Below, in pieces: positions 48,409 to 59,000 of a stretch of 64,000 nucleotides of DNA. Position 1 is the first letter of the stretch. Each line of letters opens with the position of its first letter. This DNA is from a candidate division WWE3 bacterium (GTDB lineage Bacteria; Patescibacteriota; WWE3; UBA101185; UBA10185): positions 325,462-389,461 of the forward strand of contig WJKK01000001.1 of assembly GCA_014729135.1 (NCBI GenBank). The letters run 5' to 3'. Under the pieces are notes generated by a model that saw only the letters and a list, made by a program, of their open reading frames with translations, did no database searches and was not told the DNA's origin. The translations under genes were made by a program, and so were the position numbers.

Positions 48409-49916
48409 ATTTAGCCCTTCGCATAACACAATTTTCAAAGCGCATAAAAAAGGATGATTTCAAGTTGGCAGGTTTTTTGTTTGGAAGCAGCATTTTTGTT
48501 GTGCTGGTTCAGCTAGTCTATTTAAATTTGCGCTATAATTTTCTGCTTCAGAAGCTTCCCCTTTTTTATACACGAGTTTGGGGAGAGCCTCAGCTTGTAT
48601 CTAAAGAAACAATCTTTCTAATTCCTGCTCTATCCATAGTTATTGCCCTTTTAGGTTTTGTGTTTTTTTACTACATGGCTGTTAAATTTTACAAATATGG
48701 GACCAAGCTAATTACATTTATTGTTTTATTTAGTCATGTTTTCTTGACTTACTCCTTATTTCGCGTGGTTTCCATAAGTTTAACTACAAATGATCCATTG
48801 ATTTCCGAAAACTACTTGGCTTTAATTTTTCCCTTTTTAGTAGCTTTGGCAGTAACTTTACTTTTAGCTCCCTTGTATGTTCGGTTAATGAATAAATGGG
48901 GAATTGTTACCGATCCTGAAGCTCATTCACATCCGGGTATGTTATTAAAGACTCCTTCCGCACGTGGTGGAGGTCTATTGTTTGCGGCTTTGTTTGTCTT
49001 GATTTCCCTTTTCACAGTGCCTTTAACTTTAGAAGTTATTGGAGTTATTGTTTTAAGTTTGGTCTTAGCTTTTTTTGGCCTTTTAGATGATTATCAAAAT
49101 ACTCATCCAAAGTCTCCGCTTTCATTTTTGGAAAACCCCGTAATTCGCTTAACTGTACTTTTCGTTTTGGTAAGCCTTTTATATTTTTTCAACATTCGTA
49201 TTAGCTTTTTAAGTAATCCTTTTGACGGCTTTTTACACCTAACCGGGTTTAGCTTTAAGCTTGGGAATTTAGTAATTCAGCCCCTATCTTGGCTTTTTAC
49301 AACAGTTTGGGTAGTTTGGATTTTAAATCTTTTGTCGTGGTCCAATGGTGTTGATGGGCAGTATGGAGGTATCATAGGAATTTCCTTAATTTTTCTTGCC
49401 CTTTTGGGATTGCGTTTTGAAGACATTACTTCGATTCAGCTTGGATATGCTCAGCTTGCCATCATTGCTGCAGGAATAAGTTTTGGTCTGGTAGGTGTTA
49501 TGTGGTTTCCTTCTAAGATTATGTGGGGGTTTGGCGCTATGTCCGCCGGAGTGGTTGTTGCTTCTCTTTCCACTTTAATCCAGGCTAAAGTTATTGCATC
49601 TATAATGATTTTGTTTGTTCCTTTTGTAGACGCTTCCGTTACAATTGTTCGACGCCTTTATCGCGGTAGAAACCCTCTTAAAGGTGATCGCGGTCATTTA
49701 CATCATTTGCTTATTGATCAAGGAGTTTCCATTCCAAAGGTGGCACTTTTTTACTGGATTATTACGCTTTTATTTGGTGGTTTGAGTTTGTATTCAGCAG
49801 AAAAGCCTGTTATTCAAGCGGTTCTAATGATTTTAGGAGTTGCGTTTTTTGCTATAGCCCTAGTGAATTTGCGCTTATCAAGAAGGAAATCAGCATTACA
49901 AGAACCTGAGAAATAA
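48405..49916 (+). CDS. WecA/MraY-family polyprenyl-phosphate HexNAc-1-P transferase with an extra N-terminal 3-TM module
   Basis: GLLDD, SNGVDGQ, PSKIMWGFG, DRGHLHH; about 135-aa N-terminal extension (LPLFYT..WG..QL). Confidence 0.85.
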   Translation: MNLALRITQFSKRIKKDDFKLAGFLFGSSIFVVLVQLVYLNLRYNFLLQKLPLFYTRVWGEPQLVSKETIFLIPALSIVIALLGFVFFYYMAVKFYKYGTKLITFIVLFSHVFLTYSLFRVVSISLTTNDPLISENYLALIFPFLVALAVTLLLAPLYVRLMNKWGIVTDPEAHSHPGMLLKTPSARGGGLLFAALFVLISLFTVPLTLEVIGVIVLSLVLAFFGLLDDYQNTHPKSPLSFLENPVIRLTVLFVLVSLLYFFNIRISFLSNPFDGFLHLTGFSFKLGNLVIQPLSWLFTTVWVVWILNLLSWSNGVDGQYGGIIGISLIFLALLGLRFEDITSIQLGYAQLAIIAAGISFGLVGVMWFPSKIMWGFGAMSAGVVVASLSTLIQAKVIASIMILFVPFVDASVTIVRRLYRGRNPLKGDRGHLHHLLIDQGVSIPKVALFYWIITLLFGGLSLYSAEKPVIQAVLMILGVAFFAIALVNLRLSRRKSALQEPEK

Positions 49917-50328
49917 TTCCCCAAGGTAACGGTGCCTGAAACTGGAGTCTGCTCTGCACCTTTGCTACTGCTTCTACAAACTTTGGTTCCTCTTTCATGT
50001 AAATATGGGGTGCTTCTATCACATCCGGTAAGACTGCCCCTACGCCGCCCAAAAAAACATTAATTGCAAGCATAGGATTTTTAAGTACCCACAAAGCATA
50101 AAGTGTTGTCGTCAAACCAATAGCAATTCCAAGGGCAATATCTGCCATTAAAGCCAGAGGCCTCCACCCTACAATACGCTCCTCTTTTTTTGTGTTTGAA
50201 TAAAAATCCCAATGAGGTACCAAATCACCTGCAAAATGTGAGGCAATTGAAAGAGGTACAGTCAATAATGGGTTTTGAGTTGTTGCTCCAATAGCTATTC
50301 CAACCATTGTGTGAGGTGTTAAAAGCAT
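49852..50328 (-). CDS. Membrane metal-dependent hydrolase-like protein
   Basis: TPH..VG, SHF..D..PH, LPD. Confidence 0.7.
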   Translation of the reverse strand: MLLTPHTMVGIAIGATTQNPLLTVPLSIASHFAGDLVPHWDFYSNTKKEERIVGWRPLALMADIALGIAIGLTTTLYALWVLKNPMLAINVFLGGVGAVLPDVIEAPHIYMKEEPKFVEAVAKVQSRLQFQAPLPWGIISQVLVMLISFLISANSLGL

Positions 50329-50335
50329 GCAGGCG

Positions 50336-51847
50336 CTATTCTAACATATTAGGCTTCATTTCCAGTGCTTTTTGAATTAGTGCCTCTCCCTCTTCCTTTT
50401 TGTCGGTGTTAACGTAAGCATTGCCCAAGTTGTACATAGCTTCTGCATAGTTTGGATTCAGTTCCACAGCTTTCTCAAAACTTGCAATTGCCTTTTCCAT
50501 GTTGCCCTCCAGAGAGTAAACGTCTCCCAAGTTGTTGTGCACTTTAGGGCTATTGGGATTGGTTCTTGCCGTGGCCTCCCATAAGGTTTTGCGGTTTTGC
50601 CAGTCGTTATTTCTAAGAACATCCCGATAAATGTAAACTCCTGCTATTAAAATCGTTAAATAAAGGCTTAGGTTTTTAATTTTAATTTCGGATTCCAGCT
50701 TTTTTATAAGTAAAGCCGCAAAAATCACAAAAAACACTGATGTAAAGTAAAGGTATCTGTCGGCAATAAACCATGAAACTTGAATAGGGCTAAATGTAGG
50801 CAGAAGTGATAGGTACATTCCTGCTAGAAGTCCCGCCAATTTATGTTTTTTAGAACTTATCCAGTAGATAAGCATTCCTCCCGAGATTACAAGGATTAGT
50901 TGACCGCTTATCAGTAGAAAGTTGGAGACTTTTTCGCCTTCATGATAAAGTGATAAATCTTTTGGAAAGACCAGAAGTTTTGCTGCTGATGTTGTTGTGT
51001 ATGTAACGCGGTTTATGTAGGAAGGTTTATTTTCTTGAGGTGCTTGTTCTGTTGATGTTGAAGAAATTGTTGAAGCAGTGGAGTTTCCGTTTTGCATATA
51101 TTTAATTCGATTTACAATTTTTCCTGACATAGCAAAAGCTACAAAAACTCCTACAACTAAAAGATAAATTGCCGGATAAAATCCTTTTTTCTTTTTTTCG
51201 TCAATAAAAAACAATTCTATAAGAGCAGCAAAAAAGGGAGTTATAAATGTCCATGTACTTTTAATCATGATCAAATATGCTGCCAGAACAACAATGGAGA
51301 AGATTAAGTAACTTTTCCTTTTAGTTTCTCTAAAATACAGATAAAGGAGTCCTATAATTAAAAGCGCATTTGTATTTGCAATATAGTGTTTTCCAGAAAT
51401 CCAATTGACAGGTTCAGTAACAATAGGATGTACGGCAAAAAGCAAGGCCGAAATATAAGCGGTTTTTTTATTTTCAAATACTTTAAGAACAAAATAAAAG
51501 ACTAAAACAGCATTTAAGTTGTGCATTAAGATAGCCCAAAAATGTAGAGGTGTTGGATTTAATCCAAAAAGCTGATATGTAAAGGCATATAAAAGGCGTG
51601 GTCCGCTGAAGCCTTTAAGAGAAAGAACGTTTTTAAAGGAATGCAGCTCATCCGATTTTACAAAGGCGGCTATATCATCAGAAACAAATCCGTTGTTTAA
51701 GACCATGGCAAAAGTCCCCCAACAAATTACCGATAGTAGTATTAAGAATGGAAGATACGGTTTTATTTGTTGTTTAAAAAAATTCTTTAAGGCATTTGAG
51801 GTTGGTGTTGCCTCTGAAACAGTTTTTTTACTTTTAGAAGTTTTCAT
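50336..51847 (-). CDS. GT-C fold glycosyltransferase with C-terminal TPRs (TMTC-like)
   Basis: FVSDD, LFAVHP..TE.V.WISG, ADRYLY, W.....LW, TPR NNLG/YNLG. Confidence 0.8.
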   Translation of the reverse strand: MKTSKSKKTVSEATPTSNALKNFFKQQIKPYLPFLILLSVICWGTFAMVLNNGFVSDDIAAFVKSDELHSFKNVLSLKGFSGPRLLYAFTYQLFGLNPTPLHFWAILMHNLNAVLVFYFVLKVFENKKTAYISALLFAVHPIVTEPVNWISGKHYIANTNALLIIGLLYLYFRETKRKSYLIFSIVVLAAYLIMIKSTWTFITPFFAALIELFFIDEKKKKGFYPAIYLLVVGVFVAFAMSGKIVNRIKYMQNGNSTASTISSTSTEQAPQENKPSYINRVTYTTTSAAKLLVFPKDLSLYHEGEKVSNFLLISGQLILVISGGMLIYWISSKKHKLAGLLAGMYLSLLPTFSPIQVSWFIADRYLYFTSVFFVIFAALLIKKLESEIKIKNLSLYLTILIAGVYIYRDVLRNNDWQNRKTLWEATARTNPNSPKVHNNLGDVYSLEGNMEKAIASFEKAVELNPNYAEAMYNLGNAYVNTDKKEEGEALIQKALEMKPNMLE

Positions 51848-51922
51848 TAAATTAATTTTACATTAGATAAATTTTTAGGCTTTTCTTTTATAGATGTGCT
51901 TTTTCTTATAAAATGATTTTAC

Positions 51923-52543
51923 ATGTCAGAGACGAGAGGCGTTTTTAAAGACAATTCAATAAAAAGTCCGGAATCATTGGAATCAGAGGACGCCGGGAAC
52001 TTATCTTCAAAAAGTTTGATTTTAGAACTAGTGGAAAATTTTCTCAGTTCCATATTTGTTCTTTTTTTACTATATAAGTTTGTGGCCATGCCCGAAGTAG
52101 TTTCCGGAGCCAGCATGCAACCAAACTTTGAATCCGGCGAGCGCATCCTCATGGAGCGGATTACAAAACATTTTAAACCTTTTGAACGCGGTGAGGTTGT
52201 AATTTTGCATCCCCCGGGAAATGATCACAAAGACTACATAAAAAGAATTGTTGGGCTTCCGGGTGACATTATAAAAATTAAGGACTGTCAGGTTTACATT
52301 AATCGTGATGGTGAAAGGTTTATTTTAGAGGAGACCTATTTACCGTCAGATGTTTGCACAGTTGAAGGCCCTCAATTAAAAGAGGGGCGCTCTCTACGCC
52401 TTAAGGAAGGGGAATACGCCGTTATGGGAGACAATCGGGCGGACTCCATAGACTCGCGAGTTTTCGGCGTTCTTAAAGAAGAAAGAATACTTGGGCGAGT
52501 GGTGTTTCGATTTTGGCCTTTAGAGCGTCTTGGATTTTTATAA
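51923..52543 (+). CDS. lepB: Signal peptidase I
   Basis: SGASMQP, YIKRIVGLPGD, MGDNR..S.DSR. Confidence 0.95.
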   Translation: MSETRGVFKDNSIKSPESLESEDAGNLSSKSLILELVENFLSSIFVLFLLYKFVAMPEVVSGASMQPNFESGERILMERITKHFKPFERGEVVILHPPGNDHKDYIKRIVGLPGDIIKIKDCQVYINRDGERFILEETYLPSDVCTVEGPQLKEGRSLRLKEGEYAVMGDNRADSIDSRVFGVLKEERILGRVVFRFWPLERLGFL

Positions 52544-52676
52544 TCCCTGTGTTACTATTCCTGTTGTTGACATCAAGGGGCAAGGTGTGTTAAGTTTCTC
52601 CTTGTACAAAAAACAGCGTGGGTTAGAAAAAGCCGTATTTTAAACTGGAAACTCGGGTTTCAAAACTAAAAATTTA

Positions 52677-55600
52677 ATGCAAGAACATAACTTCTCTAAA
52701 AGAAAAGACGTCCTGCCGTTACCTAACCTTTCTGAAGTGCAGCTTGAGTCCTATCAGTGGTTCCGTGACACGGGGATTCAGGAGGTGCTTGATGAACTTG
52801 GTACTATTGAAGATGACTCCGGACGCGGTTGGATTCTTTCTATGTCCGATTCCCGTTTTCATAAACCAAATATAAGTATTGAAGAGGCTTTGCGTATTGG
52901 TCGTACTTATGATGCTCCTTGGTATATGACGGCCACTTTGAAAGATCCTGTTGAGGGTAAGGAAAATTCTCAGGAAATTTATATGGGCGATGTTCCTTTA
53001 ATGACCGAAAAGGGTACTTTTATCATCAATGGAGTAGAGCGAGTTATAGTAAGTCAGCTTATTCGTTCGGAAGGTGTCATTTTTACGGGTGAGGTTTCTT
53101 CGGTGACCGGTCAAATGCTTGGAGGCGCTAAGATTTTGCCTCAGCATGGTGCCTGGCTTGAAATTACAACCTCTCGACGCGGTGTTATTAGTGTTCGTAT
53201 TGATCGACGTCGTAAGCTTTCAATAGCAACTTTACTTAGGGTCTTTGGTCTGGAAACCGACGAAGATATTCTGGATGCCTTTGCAGAAGTAGAGACGGAC
53301 CCTGAAATTAACTACATAGAAAAGTCTTTGGCTAAAGATCCCTCTGCTTCTTATGACGAAGCTTGTTTGGAAGTTTACCGAAAAGTGCGCCCTGGTGAGC
53401 CTTTGGTTTTAGAGAATGCTAAAGAATTGGTAAAAGAAATGTTTTTTAACCCCAAGCGCTATAGTTTAGGCGAGGTTGGTAGATTTAAGCTTAATCAGGT
53501 TTTAGGTTTAAATTTCCCAAATACTCCTAAAGGGCGCGTTCTCCAACTGGAAGATCTTATTGAAATTGTTTCCCGTATTATTCAAATGAATAATGGTATT
53601 GGAGAGCCTACGGATGTCGACAATCTTGGTAATCGTCGTGTTCGTCGTGTAGGGGAGTTGTTACAGAATCGTGTCCGAGTAGGGTTTTTGCGCTTAGCTC
53701 GTAATGTTCGTGGAAGAATGACTTTACAACCCAGAGATGAACTTCCTAATCCTTCTAAACTGATTTCTCCGCGAGCAGTTACTGCAAACGTTCAAAGCTT
53801 TTTTGCTACAGGGCGTTTATCCCAGTTTCAAGATCAGCAGAATCCTTTAACCTCTTTGGCACATATTCGTCGTCTTTCGGTTTTAGGTCCCGGCGGATTA
53901 ACAAAAGAACGCGCCAGTATGGCCGTTCGAGACGTTCACTACTCCTCCTTTGGGCGAATCTGTCCTGTTCGAACTCCGGAAGGTCCCAGTATTGGCCTTA
54001 TTAACTATCTAGCTATGTACTCCCGTGTAAATGAATACGGTTTTGTTGAGACTCCTTATATTAAACTGGAATCCGATTCTAAAGGTGTTAAAGTCACTAA
54101 TGAAATAGAGTTTTTGGCGGCTTATGATGAAGAGGAGAAAAATATTACTGATGCTTCTGTAGAGGTAGATTCCAAAGGATACATAACAGTTGATCAAGTT
54201 CCTTTGCGTCAGCATGGTGAGTTCTTTTTAGGAAACACATCCGATGCAGAATATATGGAGGTTATTCCTAAGCAGATTGTGGGTATTTCTGCAGGTTTAA
54301 TCCCTTTCCTTTCAAATGACGACATTACGCGAGCCTTGGTTGCAGCCCAGCAGCTGTCTCAGGCGGTTCCGCTAATTGCCCCCGATGCTCCTTTGGTGGG
54401 GACAGGTATAGAAAAAGAGGTGGCAGTAAACTCCGGTGCCGTTGTGCTAGCTGAAAAAGATGGAGAAGTTGTTTATGCCGACTCCTCTAGGATAGAAATT
54501 AAATATAAAGGTGACAAAAAAGAAACCATATACGAGCCCAACAAATTTGTAAAATCTAATGTTTCCACTAACTATAACCAATCCGTAAAAGTTGAAACAG
54601 GTCAAAAGCTTGAAAAGGGAGACATTCTTTATGAAGGTCCTGCTTCTGACGACGGCTATATTTCCTTGGGAGCAAACGTAAAAGTAGCTTACATGATTTG
54701 GGAAGGATATGAATTTGAAGATGGAATCGTTATTTCTGACCGTTTAGTAAAGGAAGATGTTTTAACTTCTATACACATTAATGACTATGATATTTCTGTT
54801 GTTGAGACTAAGTTGGGTGCTGAAGAGCTTACTAATGATATACCCAACGTTTCTGAATATGCACTTCGCAACTTGGATGAGGACGGCATTGTCACAATAG
54901 GATCCGATGTTCGTTCAGGTGACATTTTGGTAGGTAAGGTTGCTCCTAAAGGAGAAGTGGACTTATCTGCAGAGGAGCGCTTGTTGCGTGCTATTTTTGG
55001 TGAGCAGGCAAAAGAGGTTCGAGATACTTCTTTGCGTATGCCACATGGTTCGCATGGTGTTGTTATTGGAGTAAAGCGAGTTTCCCGCGAAGATAATGAC
55101 CAATTGACAGTCGGGGTTTTGGAAGAAATCACTGTTTATGTAGCAGAGCGTCGCAAGATTCAGGTTGGTGATAAGCTTGCAGGCCGTCATGGTAACAAGG
55201 GAGTTATTTCCGCTATTGTTCCGCAGGCTGATATGCCTCATTTGGAAGATGGTACTCCTGTTGACGTTGTTTTTTCTTCCGAGGCGGTTTTAAAGCGAAT
55301 GAATATGGGTCAGATTTTGGAGGCTCCCCTTGGATTAGCCGGTCGAAAGCTAGGCAAGCGCTATTTGGTCCCTCCTTTGGAAGTTGTGCCTGAGTCTGAG
55401 ATAGTTGATCAGTTGAAAGAGGCGGGCCTTCCCGAAACGGGCAAGTTTAAACTGGTAGATGGTCGTACAGGAGAGTATTTCCACGACAAGGTAGTTGTAG
55501 GGGAAACTTACGTTTTGAAGCTTGTTCACATGAGTGAGGAGAAAATGCATGCTCGTTCTACAGGACCTTACTCTCTGGTTACACAGCAACCTCTAGGGGG

Positions 55601-56006
55601 TAAGTCTCAATTTGGAGGTCAGCGTTTTGGAGAGATGGAGGTTTGGGCATTGGAGGCTTATGGAGCTGCTCATACTCTAAAGGAGATGTTGACTATTAAG
55701 TCTGATGACCTTATTGGAAGGACCAAGGCTTATAGTTCAATTATTCAGGGGCGTCCTATTGTGGAGTCTACAATTCCTGAGACGTTTAAGCTTTTGGTCA
55801 GGCAGCTGAATGGTTTGGGTATCGGTCTGGAGCCTTTGCGAGATGAAAGGGAGGAGCTTGTTCTCGAAGAGGATACGGATCAAACGGAAGATGCAACTGA
55901 AGCTGCCGAGGACTTTTTCAAGAGTGATGATTCCGGTGATGCTGACGAAGCCAAAGATGAGGATAAAGATGAAAACGATTCTGAAAATTTAAAAGAGGAG
56001 GAATAA
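52677..56006 (+). CDS. rpoB: RNA polymerase beta subunit
   Basis: GTFIINGVERV, LSQF.DQ, TPEGP.IGL, GDKLAGRHGNKG, GGQRFGEME. Confidence 0.99.
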   Translation: MQEHNFSKRKDVLPLPNLSEVQLESYQWFRDTGIQEVLDELGTIEDDSGRGWILSMSDSRFHKPNISIEEALRIGRTYDAPWYMTATLKDPVEGKENSQEIYMGDVPLMTEKGTFIINGVERVIVSQLIRSEGVIFTGEVSSVTGQMLGGAKILPQHGAWLEITTSRRGVISVRIDRRRKLSIATLLRVFGLETDEDILDAFAEVETDPEINYIEKSLAKDPSASYDEACLEVYRKVRPGEPLVLENAKELVKEMFFNPKRYSLGEVGRFKLNQVLGLNFPNTPKGRVLQLEDLIEIVSRIIQMNNGIGEPTDVDNLGNRRVRRVGELLQNRVRVGFLRLARNVRGRMTLQPRDELPNPSKLISPRAVTANVQSFFATGRLSQFQDQQNPLTSLAHIRRLSVLGPGGLTKERASMAVRDVHYSSFGRICPVRTPEGPSIGLINYLAMYSRVNEYGFVETPYIKLESDSKGVKVTNEIEFLAAYDEEEKNITDASVEVDSKGYITVDQVPLRQHGEFFLGNTSDAEYMEVIPKQIVGISAGLIPFLSNDDITRALVAAQQLSQAVPLIAPDAPLVGTGIEKEVAVNSGAVVLAEKDGEVVYADSSRIEIKYKGDKKETIYEPNKFVKSNVSTNYNQSVKVETGQKLEKGDILYEGPASDDGYISLGANVKVAYMIWEGYEFEDGIVISDRLVKEDVLTSIHINDYDISVVETKLGAEELTNDIPNVSEYALRNLDEDGIVTIGSDVRSGDILVGKVAPKGEVDLSAEERLLRAIFGEQAKEVRDTSLRMPHGSHGVVIGVKRVSREDNDQLTVGVLEEITVYVAERRKIQVGDKLAGRHGNKGVISAIVPQADMPHLEDGTPVDVVFSSEAVLKRMNMGQILEAPLGLAGRKLGKRYLVPPLEVVPESEIVDQLKEAGLPETGKFKLVDGRTGEYFHDKVVVGETYVLKLVHMSEEKMHARSTGPYSLVTQQPLGGKSQFGGQRFGEMEVWALEAYGAAHTLKEMLTIKSDDLIGRTKAYSSIIQGRPIVESTIPETFKLLVRQLNGLGIGLEPLRDEREELVLEEDTDQTEDATEAAEDFFKSDDSGDADEAKDEDKDENDSENLKEEE

Positions 56007-56009
56007 ACC

Positions 56010-59000
56010 ATGAAACATTTAAGTAATTTAAGGGATTTTGATGCCCTAAAAATATATTTAGCTTCCAGTGAGGAGATCTTGTCCTGGTCCTATGGAGAAG
56101 TAACCAAGCCGGAAACTATAAACTATCGTACTTTTAAAGCTGTACGTGGGGGTCTTTTTGACGAAAAGATTTTTGGGCCTACAACAAATTTTGAATGTTA
56201 CTGCGGTAAGTATAAAGGAATTCGCTATAAGGGCGTTATTTGTGATAAGTGTGGTGTAGAAGTGGCACATTCCCGTATTCGACGAGAGCGCATGGGTCAC
56301 ATTAGTTTAGCGGCTCCTGTTGTGCATGTTTGGTTTTTTAGAGGAATTCCCTCTAAGCTAGCTTATTTGCTGGACGTGTCCCCTAGAAAGATTTCTTCCG
56401 TAATTTACTTTTCCTCGTTTATTGCTATTTCCGTAGATTCTGAGATGCGAGCTAAGGCCATCTCCATGGTAGAAACTGATATGCAAGCGGCTGAAAAAAA
56501 TCATGAAGAAAGCCTTGAAAGAAAGATTAAAGAGACCGAAAAAGAGTTTAAAGAAAAGGCCAAAACATTTAAAGGGGATGAGCTAAAAGAAGAGGAACAC
56601 GCTCTAAAGTTGAAACAGCGCCTTCAGGCTCTTAGAAATAAAAGCCTTCAGGATTGGGAAGAGCAAGAGCAGATTTTTAAATTGATTCGTAAAAAGATTG
56701 AAGGTATAGAAAAGTTTTCCATTGTAAGCGATAACGAATATATGCAAATGCGTCGTTATGTGGATACTTTTGCAGATATGCAAATAGGTGCTGAGGCCAT
56801 TCAGACAATTTTGCAAAACATGGATTTGGATTCGGTAGCCCTGGAGCTTGAGGATAAACTTGAGAAGAGTCGAAGTAAGACCAAGTCCAAAAAGATGGCA
56901 CGCAGGTTAAATGTTGTTCAGCAGTTTAGAAACTCCGAGATAGATCCTGCTAACATGGTTTTTGAAGTTTTGCCTGTAATTCCTGCTGATTTACGACCTT
57001 TGGTTCAGCTAGAGGGAGGTCGTTTTGCTTCTTCTGACTTGAACGACCTTTATAGAGCTATTATTAATCGAAATAACCGTTTAAAGAAGTTAATGGAAAT
57101 TGGTGCCCCTGAGGTAATCTTGCGAAATGAAAAGCGAATGCTTCAGGAATCCGTCGATGCCTTTATTGATTCTTCTAAACAGCGAAATCAGCGCCGTTCC
57201 CGAAGAGGGCGTAAAGAGCTTAGATCCTTGGCCGATATGGTTAAAGGTAAGCAAGGTACTTTCCGTTTGAACCTTTTGGGTAAGCGTGTAGATTACTCCG
57301 GTCGAGGGGTAATTGTTAATGGCCCTAAGCTAAAGCTTAATGAATGCGGTATTCCTAAGGAGATGGCTCTAGAGTTGTTTAAGCCTTTTGTTTTGCGAGG
57401 AATTATGGATAAGGAGTTGGCTCCTAACATTAAGAGTGCTCGTCGAGTTTTAAGTGAGCGTGGTGCCGAAGTTTGGGAGACCTTAGAGGAAGTAGTTGAA
57501 GGTCATCCGGTGCTCTTAAATCGTGCTCCTACTTTGTGGAGACTTGGTATTCAGGCTTTTTATCCAAAGCTTATTGAGGGAGATGCTATTCAGCTGCACC
57601 TTTGTGTGTGTTCCGGTTACAATGCTGACTTTGACGGTGACCAGATGGCTGTTCACCTTCCTTTGTCGGAAGCTGCTCAGGAAGAAGCACGCACAACCAT
57701 GCTTTCCACGGAGAATTTGCTAAATCCCTCTAACGGATCACCTATTTCAGTGCCCAACAAGATCATGCTTTTTGGAATTTATTACATGACTTCTATTGAT
57801 CCTACAATGGAGTTGGTAGAGGAACCTTTTGCAAATGTGGAAGAAGCTCTTTATAATTATGAAGTTTCTAAATTAGTGGAGCTTCGTCAGCCTATTAAGG
57901 TTAAGATGAGCGGCAATATAGTGGAGACGACGGTTGGGAGAATCCGTTTTAATGAAATTGTTCCCGAGGAGTTTGGTTTCATTAATGAAGACATGCCAAA
58001 AAAGAAGGTGCATGACTTATTAAGTGACACCTTTGAGCGCTTTGACCATTCTGTTGCAGTTAAGTTAATTGACGATGTAAAAGATCTAGGTCTTAAATAT
58101 GGTACTTACTCCGGTCACTCCGTTTCGTTAAGTGATATTGATATTCCTGAGGAGCGCGATGAATTAATAGAGAAGGGTCGTGACGCTGTTGCCAAGATAG
58201 ACAAAAACTTTAAGCGCGGTTTAATTACTAAGAAAGAGGCTCAGCGATTAACAGAAGACACTTGGATTGAGATTACAGCAGAAATTGATGAAGCTGTTTG
58301 GTCTAACCTGTCGGAAGAAAATCCGGTTAAGGTTTTGGTTAAGTCCGGTTCCACGCGAGCTTCTCGTGACCAGGTTAAGCAGATTGCAGGTATGCGTGGT
58401 CTTATGACGGATCCTACCGGAAAGATTGTACCGATGCCTATTTTAGGTAACTACAAGAATGGATTATCTGGTTTAGAATACTTTGTAGGTGCTCGTGGTG
58501 CGCGAAAAGGTCTTGTTGACAAGGGTCTTAAGACAGCTGATGCTGGTTATTTGACACGCCGTTTGGTGGATGTTTCTCAGGATGTGATTGTTCGTGAGGA
58601 AGATTGCGGTACTGAAGAGGGGCGCGTAATCGAGGTTGGAGATTCCACCGTTTTGCAGACTTTTATAGAGCGTTTTGAAGGTCGTTACTTGGCGCAAGAT
58701 GTTAAGGATGGTCGCAAGAAGTTAGCAAGTGCTGGTGATTTGTTGACTGCTGAGATTTTGAAGGAAATCGAGGATGCCGGTGTTGAAGAAATAGTGATTC
58801 GTTCTCCTATGGCTTGCAAGACTCGTCGAGGGATTTGTGCCAAGTGTTATGGTATCGATCTAATGTCTCGTGAACTGGTTAAGATAGGCACAACTGTAGG
58901 AGTTCAAGCAGCTCAATCCATTGGAGAACCCGGAACTCAGTTGACAATGCGAACATTCCACACAGGAGGTATTGCCGGTAAAGATATTACGCAAGGTCTT

